Shown piece by piece: positions 25,188 to 35,036 of a stretch of DNA of 64,000 nt. The stretch lies in the sequence record NC_031039.1; one strand, 5' to 3'. The number at the start of each line of letters is the position of its first letter. Position 1 is the stretch's first letter. The notes below the pieces were generated by a model that ran no database searches, was not told the DNA's origin, and worked only from the letters and a program-made list of their open reading frames with translations. Both the position numbers and the translations under genes were made by a program.

Positions 25188-26438
25188 ATGAGAGAATCTA
25201 GAATAGTGGCGTGTAAAATATCAACATCTATTTCTTCTTTAATTGGAAATATTACTGGTTATGCTAGATATTTTTTATCTACAAAGTTTCCTCCTGATTT
25301 TTTTAAAGATACTCATATTAGTGGTGCTTTAAATGAAATAAGAATGGAAAATGTAGATATTACAAAATTAAGAAAACCTACTCTAATTATGACACCTGAA
25401 TATAACGGTGAAACCGGATTTATGGAATTGTTACCAAATTGGCACACAACACAATATTTTACCTTTAAGAATCCAAGGAAGAAATATAATGGTGTACTAT
25501 ACGATAATAAAAATGATATTTATATATACTCAATACCTGATAGAATTAAGGTAAACTTTAATATTAAAATAAAGTTACCATCTGAATTGTATGCTTATGA
25601 TGTACTACATTATGTAAAACAAACATTTGAAACTGGTGGATATTTCTATTTAAATGATGTAAGTTTACAAACAGAATTACCAAAGATGTATACTAAAATT
25701 ATAGAGAAAAAATTAAATCTGGATCCAACTAAACCAGATGATAGGGAGAAATTAGAGGAATACTACTTGGCTAATTCCTATAATGCGATCACAGAAAAAA
25801 TCAATCAATCTTCAGGTAATAGCCAGTATGCATATACTTATAAAACTAATATTCTTGTAAATATTCCTGATTTACCTACTTATGAAAAAAATGAAAATGG
25901 TTTAATTACTGATAGTACAACAGTAAACTTTCCTTTTTCCTTTGAACTATGGTCTCATTCAAATTATATAATGGAAACTAAAGACGATCCAATAATAGAC
26001 ACAATTAGTAATGAGCCAAGTATTGAAGGAAGAACTATGAAATATGACTTTTTTCTTCCTACTCATTTTATAAAAGAACAATATGATAGTATGCATCTAA
26101 TTGTGCATAAACAATTCCTTCCAGATATTAATACAGAAGTTGACATATTAGATTTTAGTCCACTCATTAACTCCGAGTTAAGAGGAGTTATAGAGGAAGC
26201 ACTAAAGCAAAAATTAGATATGTCAAAACTCTTGAAAGCCAGAGTATTAGTAGATAACAAAGAGATATATGAGGAACTCTTTAATGTGGATTGGAAGACT
26301 CTCAACTTAATAACGAAAGAACCTATGTATAACATGACTTATACGCTAATGATTTATGGTGATTTAAAAATTTTAAACCTCATAAGTAAGTATATTGCGG
26401 AGGGCACAAAGGAGAAGATATCTGAAATAGAACTATAA
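25188..26438 (+). CDS. Hypothetical protein, probably a late virion protein
   Basis: 416 aa, SD GGGGAG, late motif upstream. Confidence 0.75.
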   Translation: MRESRIVACKISTSISSLIGNITGYARYFLSTKFPPDFFKDTHISGALNEIRMENVDITKLRKPTLIMTPEYNGETGFMELLPNWHTTQYFTFKNPRKKYNGVLYDNKNDIYIYSIPDRIKVNFNIKIKLPSELYAYDVLHYVKQTFETGGYFYLNDVSLQTELPKMYTKIIEKKLNLDPTKPDDREKLEEYYLANSYNAITEKINQSSGNSQYAYTYKTNILVNIPDLPTYEKNENGLITDSTTVNFPFSFELWSHSNYIMETKDDPIIDTISNEPSIEGRTMKYDFFLPTHFIKEQYDSMHLIVHKQFLPDINTEVDILDFSPLINSELRGVIEEALKQKLDMSKLLKARVLVDNKEIYEELFNVDWKTLNLITKEPMYNMTYTLMIYGDLKILNLISKYIAEGTKEKISEIEL

Positions 26439-26460
26439 AAATTAGAAAGATGGGATTCAC

Positions 26461-26745
26461 ATGAAATTAGAAGAGCTTTATCAGACACTTAAAAATGAGT
26501 ATCTTTCAGGTAAATTTTATATTGAAGATAATAAAATTAATTGGATTTACAGTACTGAAGGTGTAAAAAGTGCTGAAGAAGCTGAAGACAGATGGCTTTC
26601 CTTTCTAGGTGCAAAAATTACCGCCGAGAATATCATTGAGGGAACAAACTTTGAAATTATTCAAAAGTTTGAAAGTAATAATAAGATTGGTTTTTCAATT
26701 AGAGAAAAACTAGTCAAAAAGAAACAAGAATGTTTCTATTATTAA
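26461..26745 (+). CDS. Hypothetical protein
   Basis: 94 aa ORF. Confidence 0.65.
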   Translation: MKLEELYQTLKNEYLSGKFYIEDNKINWIYSTEGVKSAEEAEDRWLSFLGAKITAENIIEGTNFEIIQKFESNNKIGFSIREKLVKKKQECFYY

Positions 26746-26746
26746 A

Positions 26747-26783
26747 AAGATAAAATATCTCCTATCTGGAGATATTTTATCTT
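26747..26783. terminator. Intrinsic terminator hairpin
   Basis: AAGATAAAATATCTCC / GGAGATATTTTATCTT. Confidence 0.7.
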
Positions 26784-26807
26784 CATACCGTATTATAGTA
26801 ATATTTC

Positions 26808-26820
26808 AAATATATATTAT
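26808..26820 (+). promoter_or_regulatory. Early promoter AAATATATATTAT
   Basis: Exact motif. Confidence 0.85.
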
Positions 26821-26945
26821 ATTAATGTTAATAATAGGGATTAGCTAAGAGAAAGGAGAAATAGTATTAATGAATAAATTATATTTAAAATTACATAATA
26901 TTAAAACATAAAATATGGAAAAGAAGTGCATAAGGAGAGAATAAA

Positions 26946-27182
26946 ATGAGATCACAACTATTTAAAGATTTATTAAAAAAGTATAAAGAAGATAATGAGA
27001 ATTTTAAATTAAGTGTTTGTGGTAGAGAGTATAGAATAACAGATGTTGTTAATGCTATTGAGATTTTTAGAGATGTTATTTTGGGAACTAAGTTTGATTG
27101 TAATTTTAGTGTATCACAAGATGGAAGTATAATTACTGCTGAAATTTCTATATTTAAGATTGAAGACAAGGAAGTAATCTAA
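26946..27182 (+). CDS. Hypothetical early protein
   Basis: SD AAGGAG. Confidence 0.75.
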   Translation: MRSQLFKDLLKKYKEDNENFKLSVCGREYRITDVVNAIEIFRDVILGTKFDCNFSVSQDGSIITAEISIFKIEDKEVI

Positions 27183-27208
27183 AGAGATAATATTGGGGGA
27201 ATATAATA

Positions 27209-27664
27209 ATGTACAGAGCAGATAAAGAATTCTATTCAAAGAAAATCGATAAAATGATATCTAATGTAATCGATGATTATACTGATGAGCCGTATTATGA
27301 ATTCTTTGATAAAGGAATTAGTATTGAAAGTTTAATAAGAGAAGAGAATAGAAATAATCCTGTTGAAAAATCATTTTTAGAAGCATTAAAAGAGTTCAAT
27401 ATTAAATTAGATGTTCCAATGTTTGCTCATCTAAAAGATAGAAATGATCCTTTTGATTTACTTAATGTATTTCTATTAAAAGAATATGTAGTGATATTGA
27501 GTTATTATTCAATTGGAAGTGTAGTTGATACAGCATCAATTTATAAACTAAATGATCCTAAAGGTTATTTTAAAGAAGAACCCTTGGATGTTGAGCCTGA
27601 ATCAATTGATATTCTATTTGAAAGAAAAAGAAATGAAGAATCAAAATTAATTAGTGTGAAATAA
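27209..27664 (+). CDS. Hypothetical early protein
   Basis: SD GGGGA. Confidence 0.75.
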   Translation: MYRADKEFYSKKIDKMISNVIDDYTDEPYYEFFDKGISIESLIREENRNNPVEKSFLEALKEFNIKLDVPMFAHLKDRNDPFDLLNVFLLKEYVVILSYYSIGSVVDTASIYKLNDPKGYFKEEPLDVEPESIDILFERKRNEESKLISVK

Positions 27665-27666
27665 TA

Positions 27667-27700
27667 ATGGATAAGTAAGGAATATTCCTTACTTATCCAT
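27667..27700. repeat. 34-bp perfect palindrome (terminator or operator)
   Basis: ATGGATAAGTAAGGAATATTCCTTACTTATCCAT. Confidence 0.7.
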
Positions 27701-27724
27701 CCTATTCTATTTGGAGGTATAGTA

Positions 27725-28051
27725 ATGATAAAAATAGAAACAAAAAATGATACTGCAATGATTAAAGATGAGTCTCTTAGGAAATCGACTGAAGAAGTAT
27801 TAAATTATTATTTAAGTGCGCTAGGAGTAGAAGATCTAAAGAATAATGAAACAGTTACTATCTATGCTATTAGAGAATCGGGTAAACTAGAAGATCATGT
27901 TGTTGCAATGGAAATTGAATATATTGAGAGACAAATTGGGAATGTTGTTTCAATAAATGTTATAGACCATGATAAAGATCATAATATCATCTATATAATC
28001 GATTATAACAATATTGTAGATCCAGAAATTAAATCAATAAGAATAGAATAG
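27725..28051 (+). CDS. Hypothetical protein
   Basis: SD GGAGG. Confidence 0.75.
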   Translation: MIKIETKNDTAMIKDESLRKSTEEVLNYYLSALGVEDLKNNETVTIYAIRESGKLEDHVVAMEIEYIERQIGNVVSINVIDHDKDHNIIYIIDYNNIVDPEIKSIRIE

Positions 28052-28063
28052 GAGTTACTATAA

Positions 28064-28564
28064 ATGGTACAAATCCTTAATTTAAGTGAAGGATCAGCAA
28101 ATGATAAAATAAAAGCAGTTGAAAGATTAAGAGATGAATTTGATAATAATAGTTTTACTTTATATACTATGGAAACTAAGATAATGGGAGTTGAAGATAG
28201 AATAACAAGAATCTATCTAGGTGACTTATTATTAATGCATGCATCTAATCACCTTATTGTACCTGATAAAATGGGAAATCCTATGCAATCCAGCAATGGT
28301 GTAACAGTATTTAATGGATCTAGAGATCATCAGAGAATGTTAGAAGTTGGTATTGGTGGATGGGATGCATTTAAATTCTGGATTTCCAATACTACCTTCC
28401 TATATGCATTTAGATGTAAAAATTTTAGAGATTTATTAAATGGTTCAAAGCAAATTGATCCAATGATTAATAGTATCTTTTATAAATTTTTTAAAAATCC
28501 AGATGTTAGAGAACAATTTACTCGTGTTTTAAATGAAGCTCGAATTAATATTAAGGAGAATTAA
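28064..28564 (+). CDS. Hypothetical protein
   Basis: SD AGGAG. Confidence 0.75.
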   Translation: MVQILNLSEGSANDKIKAVERLRDEFDNNSFTLYTMETKIMGVEDRITRIYLGDLLLMHASNHLIVPDKMGNPMQSSNGVTVFNGSRDHQRMLEVGIGGWDAFKFWISNTTFLYAFRCKNFRDLLNGSKQIDPMINSIFYKFFKNPDVREQFTRVLNEARINIKEN

Positions 28565-28567
28565 TAG

Positions 28568-28810
28568 ATGCTAGATAATAGTATAGATGAGCGTATGATG
28601 ACGGCTAAACTAAATATCTCTTTTAAAATAAAAAAAGAGTTACAAAAAAGAAAAATATCTATACGTCAGTTAGAAGAAAATATAGGATTAAAACATCCTC
28701 AAATAGTAAGAATAACTAATGCTGATAATAATTATAATATCAATACATTATTGAAAATTTTAGATGGTCTAGATTTAGAAGTTACGATTCAAAATAAAAA
28801 TAAGCAGTAA
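28568..28810 (+). CDS. XRE-family HTH transcription regulator
   Basis: IKKELQKRKISIRQLEENIGLKHPQIVRI...INTLLKILDGL. Confidence 0.85.
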   Translation: MLDNSIDERMMTAKLNISFKIKKELQKRKISIRQLEENIGLKHPQIVRITNADNNYNINTLLKILDGLDLEVTIQNKNKQ

Positions 28811-28826
28811 ATAAGAGGTAAAATAG

Positions 28827-28988
28827 ATGATCAAAGATTTAAAAACTATTGCTCTATGTTTAGTTGGGTTTATTATTATATTCTTCATAATTAAAACATT
28901 TATGTATTCTAATGAGGAAGAAGAATGTCTAAAAAGAGATCATTATGTAGATGATTTTAAATGGGAAGAATATTGTAAAAATAAATAG
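28827..28988 (+). CDS. Small membrane protein (53 aa)
   Basis: SD AGAGGT; N-terminal TM, two Cys in the tail. Confidence 0.6.
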   Translation: MIKDLKTIALCLVGFIIIFFIIKTFMYSNEEEECLKRDHYVDDFKWEEYCKNK

Positions 28989-28992
28989 AAAG

Positions 28993-29024
28993 AATAATCC
29001 TATATCACATGATATAGGATTATT
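28993..29024. terminator. Bidirectional terminator between convergent genes
   Basis: AATAATCCTATATCA / TGATATAGGATTATT. Confidence 0.75.
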
Positions 29025-29030
29025 TTTTTT

Positions 29031-29765
29031 TTATGCATAAATAAGATATTCAATTAATACTGTTTTAGTAAGAGATGTGAGTGACTCTGAATCAAAAGTT
29101 ACTCTTGAAAATAGCTCAGTATCTTTATAGGTATTATTAGCTTCATCATACTCAGCAAATACTAAGCCTAGTTCATTAATGAGATATCCTCTAGTTTCAT
29201 CTGCATTAATTTTAAGCATAATCTTTTGATAAACTTCATTATTTTCTTTACTGAATACCCATTGAGGTTCTACTTCAAAAACTTTACCATAATATTCAGT
29301 AGTTCCATCAGATCTTACTTCAGGCAGATAATAACGTTTTCTTTGTTCTTCTGAAAGTTCCTCAATAATAGAAGGATTATTTTCTTTTTCAGGAGTTTCA
29401 TGCTTTGCTGGATCCTGAACAACAAATGGAACTGGCTTTGCTAGATCTTCGTCACTATACAATGGCGCAAAAGGTTGGAAAGGTGCAGATTCAATATCAG
29501 CGCCACCTGAACCTACTTTAAATAAGCAAATACTTCTATTTAAGTTAACTTTATAACCTGAAGCTTCTGCATCAATCGGTTTACCAAATAAACGCTCCAA
29601 AGCATATGTTCTTCCACGTAGTACAATTAGATTATCTTTTTCTAAAATTGTATTTCCAAATTCATCCATTACTTTTACTTTACCTTTTAATCCCATGCCA
29701 GAACTTGGCTGAGAAGTTTTATCTCCAATATTAATCCCATCATTGAATTTCAATTTTTCAGTCAT
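29031..29765 (-). CDS. Baseplate / tail-collar protein
   Basis: NLIVLRGR, FKVGSGG, INELGL, LFSR pattern of tail-collar/baseplate domains; start ATG 29765 (SD GGAGG). Confidence 0.6.
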   Translation of the reverse strand: MTEKLKFNDGINIGDKTSQPSSGMGLKGKVKVMDEFGNTILEKDNLIVLRGRTYALERLFGKPIDAEASGYKVNLNRSICLFKVGSGGADIESAPFQPFAPLYSDEDLAKPVPFVVQDPAKHETPEKENNPSIIEELSEEQRKRYYLPEVRSDGTTEYYGKVFEVEPQWVFSKENNEVYQKIMLKINADETRGYLINELGLVFAEYDEANNTYKDTELFSRVTFDSESLTSLTKTVLIEYLIYA

Positions 29766-29814
29766 TATTGAAACCTCCAATTTATTATATTTACAAATAA
29801 ATGTTTACTATTCT

Positions 29815-32031
29815 TTAAACTTCCTCATAAATAACCTTATCTTCTTGATTCTCTTCAGATACAGTTATTTTTACTGATTCTTTCAATAACATAGTATCAT
29901 TATTGTTTAAACTAGACTCATAATTAAAGCGATCAGATAATTTATAGATATCATGTTGATTTATTTGAATATCTGAAATTTTATATTGATCATGATAACC
30001 TATACCTTCTATTGGTGAGTGAATTGTATGAACTATTCGATCATCATTGAGAACCATATTAGAATCATCTTTATACAATTGAGATTGCCACCACATTACA
30101 TCTCTTATATTTAATGGTACTTTGATATTAAGATTAGTATCTAAGATATTAGAAATATCTAATAGATCGATAGTGCTTGCAAAACTATGATCTGTTGTTG
30201 CACTAAAATCATCAAATAATTTAAGAGTATTAAATGTTTTATCATCAAATGAAAATACAATATTAGCTGATAAAAGATCAATAGTGTATGATTTAAAAAT
30301 ACTAATAATTGTATAAAGATATTTTTCTATATATGAACTTAGTCCAATAAAATTATTATTTGTAAAATATCTTCTTACTTTCGGATCACTAATATAGTTT
30401 CCAATTGATTCAGTTAATTCAAATACTCTATCTTTATAAAAATTAGCTAATAATTTCTCACTATCTTTAATAGTATCTGGTACTTGAATATATTTATATA
30501 GATCATAATTTCTTGTTTTAATGTAATCACTAAATGTTTCACTATCACCATAAATAGAATTGCTGATTTTAGTCCTCATTTCAATATCCCATATCTCTTG
30601 AAGTTTTCTATAGATATGATAGTTATCAGTTTCTATAATCATATCTTCTAGATATTTTCGCATTTTCTCATTTGTATTAAAAACCTCTAAGAAATCTTCG
30701 ATAGAATATTTTTCTTTCTCAAAACCTGTCATTTTAAAATTCTCAGTAAATTCAATAATTTCTTTATAATTATTGATTCTAGAAGCATTTTTAATAGCTA
30801 TCTCTTTAATTTCACTCATTATACTACTAATATCTATACTATTTTCTATGTCCCGATAGCCATAGATATAATTAATAACATCTGGATTCTTACTTATAGT
30901 ATCCCTATAACCATGACTTCTAATAACTAAAGATTGCAGAGCTACTATAGCATCATATATCTTGACTATATTTTCAGAAATACTTCCGTTAATAAATCCA
31001 AAGTCAATACCTTCTTTTTGACTATAATCTAATTGAAACTTATTTAATATTGACATGAAATAAGCTAACCCAATTGTTTCATTCATAGCATCTATTGTAG
31101 TATCAACACTCATATATTTTGAATTAATAAAATTAAAAGGAATACTCTTTACTTCATCTTCTGATGCTTGCCAATAAGGATCATTTGAAACAATTGAATT
31201 ATAATCTAGAATAATATCTTTTTTAAAATCAACTTCTTTATCAGCAGGTGTTTTAAAAAACATTAGATAAGGATCATTATAGTTTAATTTCCCAGTTCTT
31301 GGATCTGTACTATAACCCTTTGCCAATACATATCTATATATCTCTATATTATCAAAACCAAATAAATTGATAATTTCAAGAATAGCCTGATTAGTTCCTT
31401 TATGAGATAATAATGTATTAATCATTTTTAATAATCTTCTTTGATAGTTAATTGGCATATCCTCAAAATAATCAAGACCAACTGAAATAAATGCATTTTT
31501 AAGAGTCCTCATATCATAAACATCTATATTAAAGAAATTTTCCATCTTTCTAGTTAGATATCTCTGGACGGTAGAGAATATTAAGAACAATTTAATAAAT
31601 CCTCTATACATATCTTGGTTTTTAAATGCCTTAGTAGAGGTAACTTTATTATGATAATTTAGTACTTCATAGTAGCACTCATAAAATAGATTCATTTCTT
31701 CTCTTGATAAAGTAGGTCTTGTGGCTAATAAAATATGAAGATCTTTGGCAGTTCTAGAAGTTAAATAGTCTATACCCCAGTTATCATACAATTCTTTATA
31801 GTAACTATTTAACTCAGTATAACCATCAATTATTTTTTTCTTAGTTTCTTCATCTACATCATATAAACCTAAACGTATATTTATGAATTCATTAGACAAA
31901 CGATAAGAATTTGTAGTTTCCAAGGAATCAGCTAATTCAGTATCTTTTAGAATGAGACCATTGGCGAACTCAAGGACGCTTTCAATCTCATTTATATCCC
32001 CTTGTGAGAGGACACTATAATTGCTTCCCAA
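29815..32031 (-). CDS. Baseplate wedge protein (P2 gpI / T4 gp7-like motif)
   Basis: LLSHKGTNQAILEIINLFGF; TTG start with SD GAGGTG. Confidence 0.6.
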   Translation of the reverse strand: MGSNYSVLSQGDINEIESVLEFANGLILKDTELADSLETTNSYRLSNEFINIRLGLYDVDEETKKKIIDGYTELNSYYKELYDNWGIDYLTSRTAKDLHILLATRPTLSREEMNLFYECYYEVLNYHNKVTSTKAFKNQDMYRGFIKLFLIFSTVQRYLTRKMENFFNIDVYDMRTLKNAFISVGLDYFEDMPINYQRRLLKMINTLLSHKGTNQAILEIINLFGFDNIEIYRYVLAKGYSTDPRTGKLNYNDPYLMFFKTPADKEVDFKKDIILDYNSIVSNDPYWQASEDEVKSIPFNFINSKYMSVDTTIDAMNETIGLAYFMSILNKFQLDYSQKEGIDFGFINGSISENIVKIYDAIVALQSLVIRSHGYRDTISKNPDVINYIYGYRDIENSIDISSIMSEIKEIAIKNASRINNYKEIIEFTENFKMTGFEKEKYSIEDFLEVFNTNEKMRKYLEDMIIETDNYHIYRKLQEIWDIEMRTKISNSIYGDSETFSDYIKTRNYDLYKYIQVPDTIKDSEKLLANFYKDRVFELTESIGNYISDPKVRRYFTNNNFIGLSSYIEKYLYTIISIFKSYTIDLLSANIVFSFDDKTFNTLKLFDDFSATTDHSFASTIDLLDISNILDTNLNIKVPLNIRDVMWWQSQLYKDDSNMVLNDDRIVHTIHSPIEGIGYHDQYKISDIQINQHDIYKLSDRFNYESSLNNNDTMLLKESVKITVSEENQEDKVIYEEV

Positions 32032-32054
32032 TCGTGTTCACCTCGCTTATTATT

Positions 32055-32066
32055 TATCTTTATGTT
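32055..32066 (-). promoter_or_regulatory. Late promoter AACA-N6-TA
   Basis: AACA-TAAAGA-TA upstream of the baseplate gene. Confidence 0.6.
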
Positions 32067-32088
32067 CAGAAATGGAGGAAATGTGAAA

Positions 32089-32754
32089 ATGATAAAAAAA
32101 ATTAATAGTCCTGCTAAAGTCAATAATATTGTAAATATTCAGAGTGTACAGAATAATGATAATATTTTATTAAAAAATATGGATGGTTACTTCCAAGAAA
32201 AATTTTATTTTACTGATATCTATGATGATACTAAAATGAAAAAATTAGTTGGATCTATTAAAAGTCAAATTAGATCAAGTGATGAGTATTCCCATTATAT
32301 TGGTTTCCTCAAGAATGAATTAGGTTTATCTCATTGTGCTGTTTTAGGAAATGTATCAGCAGAAGATGCGTCATTAGAATTTCACCATTATCCTTTTACT
32401 ATACATGACATAATTAATCTTTCAATTAGTAGAAATATCCTTTTAGGAAAAAAATTTAATTCTTTTACTATTATAAAGGAAGTATTAGATGATCATTATA
32501 ATAATATAATAGGTCTAGTACCATTATCATTAACAGTTCATGAACTGGTTCATGCTGGTGAAATATTTGTTAATTTAAATCAAGTTTATGGTGATATAAA
32601 TGAATTTAATAAAAAATATTCATTTGCTATGACTGATGATATGATTGAAAAATTTAATAAATTAATAGAACTAAGTGAGAGTAATGCGCCATATAGTGAA
32701 ACTAATATTCTCAAAAAAATATATGATAAAATTGAAGATAACGATAGAACTTAA
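32089..32754 (+). CDS. HNH-like protein, paralog of 20162-20866
   Basis: EFHHYPFTI...GLVPLSLTVHELVHAG; start ATG 32089 (SD GGAGG). Confidence 0.6.
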   Translation: MIKKINSPAKVNNIVNIQSVQNNDNILLKNMDGYFQEKFYFTDIYDDTKMKKLVGSIKSQIRSSDEYSHYIGFLKNELGLSHCAVLGNVSAEDASLEFHHYPFTIHDIINLSISRNILLGKKFNSFTIIKEVLDDHYNNIIGLVPLSLTVHELVHAGEIFVNLNQVYGDINEFNKKYSFAMTDDMIEKFNKLIELSESNAPYSETNILKKIYDKIEDNDRT

Positions 32755-32766
32755 TCTATCGTTATC
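32737..32766. terminator. Bidirectional terminator
   Basis: GATAACGATAGA / TCTATCGTTATC. Confidence 0.7.
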
Positions 32767-32777
32767 TTCACTATTTA

Positions 32778-33050
32778 TTAACTAATGAACGGTTCCCATT
32801 CATTATTCTTGTCATTTAGAATTTTACTTTCTGTTGTTCCACTATCATACATTGACCAATCGTGAAACCTTTCAGCTGATTCATGAGAATCTTTATCACA
32901 TAATGCTTCATAATATAAAGTTTTATCATCATCATACACACGTACTCTTTCTACGTTTTTACCTTTATAATCATCTGTGACTTTTTCCAAAACATCTGAT
33001 TCTCTATTTCTTTTTTCTGATAGAAAGTCTCTTACTACTTTAAATCCCAT
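32778..33050 (-). CDS. Hypothetical early protein
   Basis: SD GGAG. Confidence 0.75.
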   Translation of the reverse strand: MGFKVVRDFLSEKRNRESDVLEKVTDDYKGKNVERVRVYDDDKTLYYEALCDKDSHESAERFHDWSMYDSGTTESKILNDKNNEWEPFIS

Positions 33051-33076
33051 TTTAAATCATCTCCATAATAATATTA

Positions 33077-33631
33077 TTACTTTACTTTCTCCTTAGCAAG
33101 TGTTTTAAGTTTCAATAGACATTTTTCTTTCCTTCTTTGCTCTTTTAACATTTCATCAATAATTCGTTTTTCACGTTCAAGATAAATTTCATAATACTCA
33201 TTAATTAAATCAAAACTAAAATTAACTTGTGGATAATATTGATTTATTTCTCTCTCAAAGATTACAGCTGGAACAGTAGTATTTCTAAATCCTTCAAGAG
33301 CTTTCCCAATCGCCTTTAGACTATCACAATCACCATCTACTCTTTCAAAATTAACATAATCCATTTCTTGTCCAAACTCTTCTGCTAGATTACTAGTAAA
33401 ACCAATAAGTATTTCAATATCTCTTTTTAATTCCCTAATATCAATATAACACGAATCATCTTTTTCTTGATTCCCCAATCGATAATTACTACCCTCATGT
33501 TTTAATGCCCTATTGGTATCATCAATAACAATAGGTCTTAACTTACCAAATATGTTTGCATCATTTAACTCCTTTACTAAGTTCTCCAATGCTACTAATG
33601 TCATATCTTTTCCCAAATGAAAAACCTCCAT
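33077..33631 (-). CDS. Hypothetical early protein (true start probably TTG 33616 or ATG 33604)
   Basis: SD GGAGG lies inside the first codons of the track ORF. Confidence 0.75.
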   Translation of the reverse strand: MEVFHLGKDMTLVALENLVKELNDANIFGKLRPIVIDDTNRALKHEGSNYRLGNQEKDDSCYIDIRELKRDIEILIGFTSNLAEEFGQEMDYVNFERVDGDCDSLKAIGKALEGFRNTTVPAVIFEREINQYYPQVNFSFDLINEYYEIYLEREKRIIDEMLKEQRRKEKCLLKLKTLAKEKVK

Positions 33632-33655
33632 ATTAATAAAACTTTTATCATTAAT

Positions 33656-33668
33656 ATAATATATATTT
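33656..33668 (-). promoter_or_regulatory. Early promoter AAATATATATTAT
   Basis: Exact motif. Confidence 0.85.
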
Positions 33669-33730
33669 AAAATTTACATTTACTATGAACAATAGAATAG
33701 AGACATATAGAGATATGGAGGTTGAAATAA

Positions 33731-34936
33731 TTGGAAAAAGTACAAAAACCAATATCTATTTCAGAAAAGGATAAAGACTTTTTATTTTCTCTTTCTGAGG
33801 AAGATATTACATTAGAAATGCTAGAAAAACTTTTCGCTAATAAAAAGAATACAAAAGCTATGTTCAAGCCAAATGATATATTTGTATTACCAAAGGGTAG
33901 ATTATATAATGATAAAAGTATGACAACAACTGTTGGAAGATATATTTTTAATTTATTTATGTTATCCCCTAAGATTATTCAATTAGTAGGATACCAAAAT
34001 ATTTCATTTGATGATGGTAATATTGGTGGATTGGAAAATACTCTCTCTGAATATTTGATTGAAGATAAAATTACAGTGCAAGAATTTGCAGATTATATTG
34101 ACAAATTACAATGGCTTGGATTTATTACTGCAAAATTCTTAAATGCGTCACTAACTTATGATCTATTAGAGATACCTAAAGAAACGGATGCTCTGAAAAA
34201 GAAATTAATTCAAGAGCATAAAAAAGCATTGGAATCTGGTGATTTAATTGCTATTAATAAAATTGAAAAACAGTTAGTAGCTGATGCAAAAGGAAGAGTA
34301 TCTGATATTCCTGACTATCAAATTTATGCTAGTGGTGCTCGTGGAAGTTTTGGTAACAACTATAAGAATACCACTCTTTTAAGGGGCGCAATTAAAAACT
34401 TGGCAAATCCAGATCAGGTTCATATCTCAGACGCTTCTTTAATGGAAGGAATACCTCCTGAAGAGATTCAATATTATTCTGATATTATTACTCAAGCATC
34501 ATACAGTCGTGCTGTTGGTACTAGAGAAGGTGGTTATGAATCTAAGAAACTTAGTGCTGCCTTCCAAAATATCGTTTTGGATGATGAAGGATCTGATTGT
34601 CATACGAAAAAGACGATAACCATTGAACTTAATAAAGGTAATGCAAACATGTTCATGTATAGGTATATTGTAGAAAATAATAAACTAGTATTATTGACTT
34701 CTGATAATATTAACAACTATATTGGTAAGATAATCAAGATTAGAAGTCCTTTATATTGTTTAAATAAACAATATTGTAGTAAATGTGCGGGAGAACTCTA
34801 CTATCGTTTAGGTATTAGGAATGTTGGAATAATTTCCAACCGTATTGGGACTTCTTTGCTCAACGCATCTTTAAAAGCATTTCACGATATGACACTAAAA
34901 GTTGTAAATCTTGATATAGATAAATATATTGAGTAA
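33731..34936 (+). CDS. rpoC: RNAP beta' C-terminal half, probably virion RNAP
   Basis: TTTVGRYIFN, ASGARGS, trigger-loop region GTREGGYESKKL, DCHT, IRSPLYC...CSKCAG, LKAFHD. Confidence 0.9.
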   Translation: MEKVQKPISISEKDKDFLFSLSEEDITLEMLEKLFANKKNTKAMFKPNDIFVLPKGRLYNDKSMTTTVGRYIFNLFMLSPKIIQLVGYQNISFDDGNIGGLENTLSEYLIEDKITVQEFADYIDKLQWLGFITAKFLNASLTYDLLEIPKETDALKKKLIQEHKKALESGDLIAINKIEKQLVADAKGRVSDIPDYQIYASGARGSFGNNYKNTTLLRGAIKNLANPDQVHISDASLMEGIPPEEIQYYSDIITQASYSRAVGTREGGYESKKLSAAFQNIVLDDEGSDCHTKKTITIELNKGNANMFMYRYIVENNKLVLLTSDNINNYIGKIIKIRSPLYCLNKQYCSKCAGELYYRLGIRNVGIISNRIGTSLLNASLKAFHDMTLKVVNLDIDKYIE

Positions 34937-34989
34937 AATTTAGATAATTTTATTTTAGTTTTCCATTTAATAATTAAGTACCATTAAAC

Positions 34990-35002
34990 AAATATATATT
35001 AT
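34990..35002 (+). promoter_or_regulatory. Early promoter, overlapped by late motif (34987-34998)
   Basis: AAACAAATATATATTAT. Confidence 0.85.
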
Positions 35003-35036
35003 AATTGTATAATATAAAATGGGGGAATATTATTAA

